Shown one piece after another: positions 54,101-64,000 of a stretch of DNA of 64,000 bases. The notes under the pieces are model-generated. The model made no database searches. It saw nothing but the letters and a program-made list of their open reading frames with translations, and was not told the DNA's origin. Positions within the stretch are counted from its first letter, which is position 1; every line of letters starts with the position of its first letter. The translations under genes and the position numbers were made by a program. Location: assembly GCF_009914755.1 (NCBI RefSeq), contig NC_060938.1. One strand, given 5' to 3'. The DNA is from the human T2T-CHM13v2.0 reference genome, Homo sapiens.

Positions 54101-57100
54101 ATACTACAAGAAGAGTGCTTCAAAGCTGCTCTCTGAAACGGAATGTTCAACTCTATGAGTTGAATGCAAACATCACAAAGACGTTTCTGAGAATGCTTCT
54201 GTCTAGATTTGATATGAAGATATTCCCGTTTCCAACGAAATCTTCAAATCTATCCAAATGTCCACTTGCAGATTCAACAAAAAGTGTTTTTCAGAACTGC
54301 TCTATCAAAAGAAAGATCCACCTCTGTTAGCTGAGTTCACACATCACAAACAAGTTTATGAGAATGCTTCTGTCTAGTTTTTATTTGAAGATATTTCCTT
54401 TCTCACCATAGAGCTGAAAGCTGTCCTAATGTTCACTTCCAGATACTACAGAAAGAGTGTTTCAAAACTGCTGTACGAAAGGGAATGTTCAACTCTGTGA
54501 CTTGAATGCACACATCACAAAGAAGTTTCTGAGGATGCTGCTGTCTACTTTTTATACGTAATCCCGTTTCCAACGAAATCCTCCAAGCTATCCAAATATC
54601 CACTTGCAGATTCCACAGAAAGACTGTTTCAAAACTGCTCTGTCAATAGAAAGGTTCAACTCTGTTAGCTGCATGCATATATCCCAAAGAAGATTCTGAG
54701 ATTGCTTCTGTCTAGTTTTTATGGGAAGATATTTCCCTTTTCACCGTAGGCGTCAAGGCGCTCCAAATGTCCACTTCCAGATACTACAAAAAGAGTGTTT
54801 CAAACCTACTCTGTGAAAGGGAATATTCAACTCTGTGACTTGAATGCACATATCACAAGGAAGTTTCTGAGAATGCTTCTGTCGAATTTTTATATGAAGA
54901 TATTCCCGTTTCCAACGAAATCCTGAAATCTATCCAAATATCCCCTTGCAGATTCTACTAAAAGAGTGTTTCAAAACTGCTCTGTAAAAAGAAAGGTTCA
55001 ACTCTGTTAGTTGAGTACACACATCACAAACAAGTTTCACACAATGCTTCTTTCTAGCTTGTAGGGGAAGATATTCCCTTTATCACCGTGGGCCTCAAAC
55101 CGTCCGATAAGTCCACTTCCATATACTACAAAAAGAGCGTTTCAAACCTGCTCTATGAAAGGCAATGTTCAACTCTGTGACTTGAATGCAGACATCACAG
55201 AGCAGTTTCTGAGAATGCTTCTGTCTAGATTTTATAGGAAGATATTCCCGTTTCCAACGAAATCTTCACAGCTATCCAAATATCCACTTGCAGATTCTAC
55301 AAAAAGAGTGTATCAAAACTGCTCTGTCAAAAGGAAGGTTCTTTTCTGTTAGGTGAGTGCATACGTCATAAAGGAGTTTCTGAGAATGTTTCTGTCTAGT
55401 GGTTATGGGAAGATATTTGCTTTTTCACCGTAGGCCTCAGAGCGCTCCAAATATCCACTTGCACATACTACAAAAAGAGTGCCTCAAAGCTGCTCTCTGA
55501 AACGGAATGTTCAACTCTATGAGTTGAATGCAAACATCGCAAAGACGTTTCTGAGAATGCTTCTGTCTAGATTTGATATGAAGATATTCCCGTTTCCAAC
55601 GAAATCTTCAAATCTATCCAAATGTCCACTTGCAGATTCAACAAAAAGTGTTTTTCAGAACTGCTCTATCAAAAGAAAGATCCACCTCTGTTAGCTGAGT
55701 TCACACATCACAAACAAGTTTATGAGAATGCTTCTGTCTAGTTTTTATTTGAAGATATTTCCTTTCTCACCATAGAGCTGAAAGCTGTCCTAATGTTCAC
55801 TTCCAGATACTACAGAAAGAGTGTTTCAAAACTGCTGTACGAAAGGGAATGTTCAACTCTGTGACTTGAATGCACACATCACAAAGAAGTTTCTGAGGAT
55901 GCTGCTGTCTACTTTTTATACGTAATCCCGTTTCCAACGAAATCCTCCAAGCTATCCAAATATCCACTTGCAGATTCCACAGAAAGACTGTTTCAAAACT
56001 GCTCTGTCAATAGAAAGGTTCAACTCTGTTAGCTGCGTGCATATATCCCAAAGAAGATTCTGAGATTGCTTCTGTCTAGTTTTTATGGGAAGATATTTCC
56101 CTTTTCACCGTAGGTGTCAAGGCACTCCAAATGTCCACTTCCAGATACTACAAAAAGAGTGTTTCAAACCTACTCTGTGAAAGGGAATATTCAACTCTGT
56201 GACTTGAATGCACATATCACAAAGAAGTTTCTGAGAATGCTTCTGTCGAGATTTTATATGAAGATATTCCCGTTTCCAACGAAATGCTGAAATCTATCCA
56301 AATATCCCCTCGCAGATTCTACAAAAAGAGTGTTTCAAAACTGCTCTGTGAAAAGAAAGGTTCAACTCTGTTAGTTGAGTACACACATCACAAACAAGTT
56401 TCACAGAATGCTTCTTTCTAGCTTGTAGGGGAAGATATTCCCTTTATCACCATGGGCCTCCAACCGTCCGAAACATCCACTTCCATATACTACAAAAAGA
56501 GCGTTTCAAACCTGCTCTATGAAAGGCAATGTTCAACTCTGTGACTTGAATGCAGACATCACAGAGCAGTTTCTGAGAATGCTTCTGTCTAGATTTTATA
56601 GGAAGATATGCCCGTTTCCAACGAAATCTTCACAGCTATCCAAATATCCACTTGCAGATTCTACAAAAAGAGTGTATCAAAACTGCTCTGTCAAAAGGAA
56701 GGTTCTTCTCTGTTAGGTGAGTGCATACGTCATAAAGGAGTTTCTGAGAATGTTTCTGTCTAGTGGTTATGGGAAGATATTTGCTTTTTCACCGTAGGCC
56801 TCAGAGCGCTCCAAATATCCACTTGCACATACTACAAAAAGAGTGCTTCAAAGCTGCTCTCTGAAACGGAATGTTCAACTCTGTGAGTTGAATGCAAACA
56901 TCACAAAGACGTTTCTGAGAATGCTTCTGTCTAGATTTGATATGAAGATATTCCCGTTTCCAACGAAATCTTCAAATCTATCCAAATGTCCACTTGCAGA
57001 TTCAACAAAAAGTGTTTTTCAGAACTGCTCTATCAAAAGAAAGATCCACCTCTGTTAGCTGAGTTCACACATCACAAACAAGTTTATGAGAATGCTTCTG

Positions 57101-60100
57101 TCTAGTTTTTATTTGAAGATATTTCCTTTCTCACCATAGAGCTGAAAGCTGTCCTAATGTTCACTTCCAGATACTACAGAAAGAGTGTTTCAAAACTGCT
57201 GTACGAAAGGGAATGTTCAACTCTGTGACTTGAATGCACACATCACAAAGAAGTTTCTGAGGATGCTGCTGTCTACTTTTTATACGTAATCCCGTTTCCA
57301 ACGAAATCCTCCAAGCTATCCAAATATCCACTTGCAGATTCCACAGAAAGACTGTTTCAAAACTGCTCTGTCAATAGAAAGGTTCAACTCTGTTAGCTGC
57401 ATGCATATATCCCAAAGAAGATTCTGAGATTGCTTCTGTCTAGTTTTTATGGGAAGATATTTCCCTTTTCACCGTAGGCGTCAAGGCGCTCCAAATGTCC
57501 ACTTCCAGATACTACAAAAAGAGTGTTTCAAACCTACTCTGTGAAAGGAAATATTCAACTCTGTGACTTGAATGCACATATCACAAGGAAGTTTCTGAGA
57601 ATGCTTCTGTCGAGATTTTATATGAAGATATTCCCGTTTCCAACGAAATCCTGAAATCTATCCAAATATCCCCTTGCAGATTCTACAAAAAGAGTGTTTC
57701 AAAACTGCTCTGTAAAAAGAAAGGTTCAACTCTGTTAGTTGAGTACACACATCACAAACAAGTTTCACACAATGCTTCTTTCTAGCTTGTAGGGGAAGAT
57801 ATTCCCTTTATCACCATGGGCCTCCAACCGTCCGAAACATCCACTTCCATATACTACAAAAAGAGCGTTTCAAACCTGCTCTATGAAAGGCAATGTTCAA
57901 CTCTGTGACTTGAATGCAGACATCACAGAGCAGTTTCTGAGAATGCTTCTGTCTAGATTTTATAGGAAGATATTCCCGTTTCCAACGAAATCTTCACAGC
58001 TATCCAAATATCCACTTGCAGATTCTACAAAAAGAGTGTATCAAAACTGCTCTGTCAAAAGGAAGGTTCTTTTCTGTTAGGTGAGTGCATACGTCATAAA
58101 GGAGTTTCTGAGAATGTTTCTGTCTAGTGGTTATGGGAAGATATTTGCTTTTTCACCATAGGCCTCAGAGCGCTCCAAATATCCACTTGCACATACTACA
58201 AAAAGAGTGCCTCAAAGCTGCTCTCTGAAACGGAATGTTCAACTCTATGAGTTGAATGCAAACATCGCAAAGACGTTTCTGAGAATGCTTCTGTCTAGAT
58301 TTGATATGAAGATATTCCCGTTTCCAACGAAATCTTCAAATCTATCCAAATGTCCACTTGCAGATTCAACAAAAAGTGTTTTTCAGAACTGCTCTATCAA
58401 AAGAAAGATCCACCTCTGTTAGCTGAGTTCACACATCACAAACAAGTTTATGAGAATGCTTCTGTCTAGTTTTTATTTGAAGATATTTCCTTTCTCACCA
58501 TAGACCTGAAAGCTGTCCTAATGTTCACTTCCAGATACTACAGAAAGAGTGTTTCAAAACTGCTGTACGAAAGGGAATGTTCAACTCTGTGACTTGAATG
58601 CACACATCACAAAGAAGTTTCTGAGGATGCTGCTGTCTACTTTTTATACGTAATCCCGTTTCCAACGAAATCCTCCAAGCTATCCAAATATCCACTTGCA
58701 GATTCCACAGAAAGACTGTTTCAAAACTGCTCTGTCAATAGAAAGGTTCAACTCTGTTAGCTGCGTGCATATATCCCAATGAAGATTCTGAGATTGCTTC
58801 TGTCTAGTTTTTATGGGAAGATATTTCCCTTTTCACCGTAGGTGTCAAGGCGCTCCAAATGTCCACTTCCAGATACTACAAAAAGAGTGTTTCAAACCTA
58901 CTCTGTGAAAGGGAATATTCAACTCTGTGACTTGAATGCACATATCACAAAGAAGTTTCTGAGAATGCTTCTGTCGAGATTTTATATGAAGATATTCCCG
59001 TTTCCAACGAAATGCTGAAATCTATCCAAATATCCCCTCGCAGATTCTACAAAAAGAGTGTTTCAAAACTGCTCTGTGAAAAGAAAGGTTCAACTCTGTT
59101 AGTTGAGTACACACATCACAAACAAGTTTCACACAATGCTTCTTTCTAGCTTGTAGGGGAAGATATTCCCTTTATCACCATGGGCCTCAAACCGTCCGAA
59201 ACATCCACTTCCCTATACTACAAAAAGAGCGTTTCAAACCTGCTCTATGAAAGGCAATGTTCAACTCTGTGACTTGAATGCAGACATCACAGAGCAGTTT
59301 CTGAGAATGCTTCTGTCTAGATTTTATAGGAAGATATTCCCGTTTCCAACGAAATCTTCACAGCTATCCAAATATCCACTTGCAGATTCTACAAAAAGAG
59401 TGTATCAAAACTGCTCTGTCAAAAGGAAGGTTCTTCTCTGTTAGGTGAGTGCATACGTCATAAAGGAGTTTCTGAGAATGTTTCTGTCTAGTGGTTATGG
59501 GAAGATATTTGCTTTTTCACCGTAGGCCTCAGAGCGCTCCAAATATCCACTTGCACATACTACAAGAAGAGTGCTTCAAAGCTGCTCTCTGAAACGGAAT
59601 GTTCAACTCTATGAGTTGAATGCAAACATCACAAAGACGTTTCTGAGAATGCTTCTGTCTAGATTTGATATGAAGATATTCCCGTTTCCAACGAAATCTT
59701 CAAATCTATCCAAATGTCCACTTGCAGATTCAACAAAAAGTGTTTTTCAGAACTGCTCTATCAAAAGAAAGATCCACCTCTGTTAGCTGAGTTCACACAT
59801 CACAAACAAGTTTATGAGAATGCTTCTGTCTAGTTTTTATTTGAAGATATTTCCTTTCTCACCATAGAGCTGAAAGCTGTCCTAATGTTCACTTCCAGAT
59901 ACTACAGAAAGAGTGTTTCAAAACTGCTGTACGAAAGGGAATGTTCAACTCTGTGACTTGAATGCACACATCACAAAGAAGTTTCTGAGGATGCTGCTGT
60001 CTACTTTTTATACGTAATCCCGTTTCCAACGAAATCCTCCAAGCTATCCAAATATCCACTTGCAGATTCCACAGAAAGACTGTTTCAAAACTGCTCTGTC

Positions 60101-60544
60101 AATAGAAAGGTTCAACTCTGTTAGCTGCATGCATATATCCCAAAGAAGATTCTGAGATTGCTTCTGTCTAGTTTTTATGGGAAGATATTTCCCTTTTCAC
60201 CGTAGGCGTCAAGGCGCTCCAAATGTCCACTTCCAGATACTACAAAAAGAGTGTTTCAAACCTACTCTGTGAAAGGGAATATTCAACTCTGTGACTTGAA
60301 TGCACATATCACAAGGAAGTTTCTGAGAATGCTTCTGTCGAATTTTTATATGAAGATATTCCCGTTTCCAACGAAATCCTGAAATCTATCCAAATATCCC
60401 CTTGCAGATTCTACTAAAAGAGTGTTTCAAAACTGCTCTGTAAAAAGAAAGGTTCAACTCTGTTAGTTGAGTACACACATCACAAACAAGTTTCACACAA
60501 TGCTTCTTTCTAGCTTGTAGGGGAAGATATTCCCTTTATCACCG
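51154..60544. repeat. 5456-bp (4-HOR) tandem duplication; minimal extent defined by shared rare SNPs
   Basis: Rare variants paired at exactly +5456: 51154/56610, 51427/56883, 52093/57549, 52702/58158, 53049/58505, 53324/58780, 53757/59213, 54110/59566, 54886/60342, 54959/60415, 55088/60544. Confidence 0.92.
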
Positions 60545-63500
60545 TGGGCCTCAAACCGTCCGATAAGTCCACTTCCATATACTACAAAAAGAGCGTTTCA
60601 AACCTGCTCTATGAAAGGCAATGTTCAACTCTGTGACTTGAATGCAGACATCACAGAGCAGTTTCTGAGAATGCTTCTGTCTAGATTTTATAGGAAGATA
60701 TTCCCGTTTCCAACGAAATCTTCACAGCTATCCAAATATCCACTTGCAGATTCTACAAAAAGAGTGTATCAAAACTGCTCTGTCAAAAGGAAGGTTCTTT
60801 TCTGTTAGGTGAGTGCATACGTCATAAAGGAGTTTCTGAGAATGTTTCTGTCTAGTGGTTATGGGAAGATATTTGCTTTTTCACCGTAGGCCTCAGAGCG
60901 CTCCAAATATCCACTTGCACATACTACAAAAAGAGTGCCTCAAAGCTGCTCTCTGAAACGGAATGTTCAACTCTATGAGTTGAATGCAAACATCGCAAAG
61001 ACGTTTCTGAGAATGCTTCTGTCTAGATTTGATATGAAGATATTCCCGTTTCCAACGAAATCTTCAAATCTATCCAAATGTCCACTTGCAGATTCAACAA
61101 AAAGTGTTTTTCAGAACTGCTCTATCAAAAGAAAGATCCACCTCTGTTAGCTGAGTTCACACATCACAAACAAGTTTATGAGAATGCTTCTGTCTAGTTT
61201 TTATTTGAAGATATTTCCTTTCTCACCATAGAGCTGAAAGCTGTCCTAATGTTCACTTCCAGATACTGCAGAAAGAGTGTTTCAAAACTGCTGTACGAAA
61301 GGGAATGTTCAACTCTGTGACTTGAATGCACACATCACAAAGAAGTTTCTGAGGATGCTGCTGTCTACTTTTTATACGTAATCCCGTTTCCAACGAAATC
61401 CTCCAAGCTATCCAAATATCCACTTGCAGATTCCACAGAAAGACTGTTTCAAAACTGCTCTGTCAATAGAAAGGTTCAACTCTGTTAGCTGCATGCATAT
61501 ATCCCAAAGAAGATTCTGAGATTGCTTCTGTCTAGTTTTTATGGGAAGATATTTCCCTTTTCACCGTAGGCGTCAAGGCGCTCCAAATGTCCACTTCCAG
61601 ATACTACAAAAAGAGTGTTTCAAACCTACTCTGTGAAAGGAAATATTCAACTCTGTGACTTGAATGCACATATCACAAGGAAGTTTCTGAGAATGCTTCT
61701 GTCGAGATTTTATATGAAGATATTCCCGTTTCCAACGAAATCCTGAAATCTATCCAAATATCCCCTTGCAGATTCTACAAAAAGAGTGTTTCAAAACTGC
61801 TCTGTAAAAAGAAAGGTTCAACTCTGTTAGTTGAGTACACACATCACAAACAAGTTTCACACAATGCTTCTTTCTAGCTTGTAGGGGAAGATATTCCCTT
61901 TATCACCATGGGCCTCCAACCGTCCGAAACATCCACTTCCATATACTACAAAAAGAGCGTTTCAAACCTGCTCTATGAAAGGCAATGTTCAACTCTGTGA
62001 CTTGAATGCAGACATCACAGAGCAGTTTCTGAGAATGCTTCTGTCTAGATTTTATAGGAAGATATTCCCGTTTCCAACGAAATCTTCACAGCTATCCAAA
62101 TATCCACTTGCAGATTCTACAAAAAGAGTGTATCAAAACTGCTCTGTCAAAAGGAAGGTTCTTTTCTGTTAGGTGAGTGCATACGTCATAAAGGAGTTTC
62201 TGAGAAAGTTTCTGTCTAGTGGTTATGGGAAGATATTTGCTTTTTCACCATAGGCCTCAGAGCGCTCCAAATATCCACTTGCACATACTACAAAAAGAGT
62301 GCCTCAAAGCTGCTCTCTGAAACGGAATGTTCAACTCTATGAGTTGAATGCAAACATCGCAAAGACGTTTCTGAGAATGCTTCTGTCTAGATTTGATATG
62401 AAGATATTCCCGTTTCCAACGAAATCTTCAAATCTATCCAAATGTCCACTTGCAGATTCAACAAAAAGTGTTTTTCAGAACTGCTCTATCAAAAGAAAGA
62501 TCCACCTCTGTTAGCTGAGTTCACACATCACAAACAAGTTTATGAGAATGCTTCTGTCTAGTTTTTATTTGAAGATATTTCCTTTCTCACCATAGACCTG
62601 AAAGCTGTCCTAATGTTCACTTCCAGATACTACAGAAAGAGTGTTTCAAAACTGCTGTACGAAAGGGAATGTTCAACTCTGTGACTTGAATGCACACATC
62701 ACAAAGAAGTTTCTGAGGATGCTGCTGTCTACTTTTTATACGTAATCCCGTTTCCAACGAAATCCTCCAAGCTATCCAAATATCCACTTGCAGATTCCAC
62801 AGAAAGACTGTTTCAAAACTGCTCTGTCAATAGAAAGGTTCAACTCTGTTAGCTGCGTGCATATATCCCAAAGAAGATTCTGAGATTGCTTCTGTCTAGT
62901 TTTTATGGGAAGATATTTCCCTTTTCACCGTAGGTGTCAAGGCGCTCCAAATGTCCACTTCCAGATACTACAAAAAGAGTGTTTCAAACCTACTCTGTGA
63001 AAGGGAATATTCAACTCTGTGACTTGAATGCACATATCACAAAGAAGTTTCTGAGAATGCTTCTGTCGAGATTTTATATGAAGATATTCCCGTTTCCAAC
63101 GAAATGCTGAAATCTATCCAAATATCCCCTCGCAGATTCTACAAAAAGAGTGTTTCAAAACTGCTCTGTGAAAAGAAAGGTTCAACTCTGTTAGTTGAGT
63201 ACACACATCACAAACAAGTTTCACACAATGCTTCTTTCTAGCTTGTAGGGGAAGATATTCCCTTTATCACCATGGGCCTCAAACCGTCCGAAACATCCAC
63301 TTCCCTATACTACAAAAAGAGCGTTTCAAACCTGCTCTATGAAAGGCAATGTTCAACTCTGTGACTTGAATGCAGACATCACAGAGCAGTTTCTGAGAAT
63401 GCTTCTGTCTAGATTTTATAGGAAGATATTCCCGTTTCCAACGAAATCTTCACAGCTATCCAAATATCCACTTGCAGATTCTACAAAAAGAGTGTATCAA

Positions 63501-64000
63501 AACTGCTCTGTCAAAAGGAAGGTTCTTCTCTGTTAGGTGAGTGCATACGTCATAAAGGAGTTTCTGAGAATGTTTCTGTCTAGTGGTTATGGGAAGATAT
63601 TTGCTTTTTCACCGTAGGCCTCAGAGCGCTCCAAATATCCACTTGCACATACTACAAAAAGAGTGCTTCAAAGCTGCTCTCTGAAACGGAATGTTCAACT
63701 CTATGAGTTGAATGCAAACATCACAAAGACGTTTCTGAGAATGCTTCTGTCTAGATTTGATATGAAGATATTCCCGTTTCCAACGAAATCTTCAAATCTA
63801 TCCAAATGTCCACTTGCAGATTCAACAAAAAGTGTTTTTCAGAACTGCTCTATCAAAAGAAAGATCCACCTCTGTTAGCTGAGTTCACACATCACAAACA
63901 AGTTTATGAGAATGCTTCTGTCTAGTTTTTATTTGAAGATATTTCCTTTCTCACCATAGAGCTGAAAGCTGTCCTAATGTTCACTTCCAGATACTACAGA

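Larger units (their letters stand above)
1..64000 (-). repeat. Centromeric alpha-satellite HOR array; 8-mer unit of 1364 bp, ~46 copies, dimeric SF2-like family (probably S2C14/22H1L, D14Z9/D22Z1)
   Basis: The ~171-bp periodic sequence carries typical alphoid motifs (TTCAACTCTGTGA.TTGAATGCA, TTTCTGAGAATGCTTCTGTCTAG, ATCCACTTGCAGATTCTACAAAAAGAGTGTTTCAAAACTGCTCT). Equivalent ORFs recur every 1364 bp (949, 2313 ... 63339; 46 copies), with exceptions of 1702 and 1360 bp. Strand is given as the one reading the CENP-B box consensus. The alpha-satellite call is near certain; the chromosome assignment is only moderate (~0.65), based on 8-mer length and SF2-like monomers. Confidence 0.99.

Noticed and set aside
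949-63878. Recurrent 65-aa (MKGNVQLCDL...) and 71-aa (MPQ/MLQSCSLK...) ORFs as genes
   Set aside because: They are stop-free frames of alpha-satellite monomers repeated once per HOR, and the 71-aa set starts at GTG. They have no gene context or recognisable domain, so I used them only as period and haplotype markers.
1-64000. CRISPR-like reading of the regularly spaced 17-bp motif
   Set aside because: The motif is the CENP-B box. The intervening sequences are themselves repeats rather than unique spacers, and there are no cas genes.
1-64000. Transposon insertion, inversion or foreign sequence hidden in the array
   Set aside because: Unit spacing is fully explained by 1364, 1702 and 1360 bp, leaving no room for an insert, and the orientation is constant throughout.
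1-64000. Calling this window the kinetochore site (CDR), or choosing chr14 versus chr22
   Set aside because: This needs methylation or CENP-A data and alignment to references, and cannot be determined from this sequence alone.

Overview
The whole 64 kb is primate, most likely human, centromeric alpha-satellite DNA: ~171-bp monomers in one orientation, organised as a very homogeneous 8-monomer higher-order repeat (HOR) of 1364 bp (dimers of 338+342+342+342 bp). About 46 HOR copies are present. A CENP-B box lies on the minus strand of every second monomer (~188 box positions), alternating with pJalpha-type monomers. This fits a live dimeric-family (SF2-like) array; an 8-mer of this kind is most consistent with D14Z9/D22Z1 (chr14/22), an assignment from memory that I have not verified. 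I found no genes, transposons, inversions or non-satellite sequence, and all listed ORFs are satellite translation artefacts. I see no new protein-based system. The interesting signal is the array's evolutionary record: four 10-mer variant HORs sharing one hybrid junction; two interleaved HOR haplotypes (A and B, ~12 linked SNPs) that locally form a 16-mer super-period; multi-HOR duplications of 3066, 5456 and 5794 bp; a haplotype block shared across ~40 kb; short conversion-like patches; and CENP-B boxes mutated specifically at their CpGs. Variants were read by eye, so counts may be incomplete.
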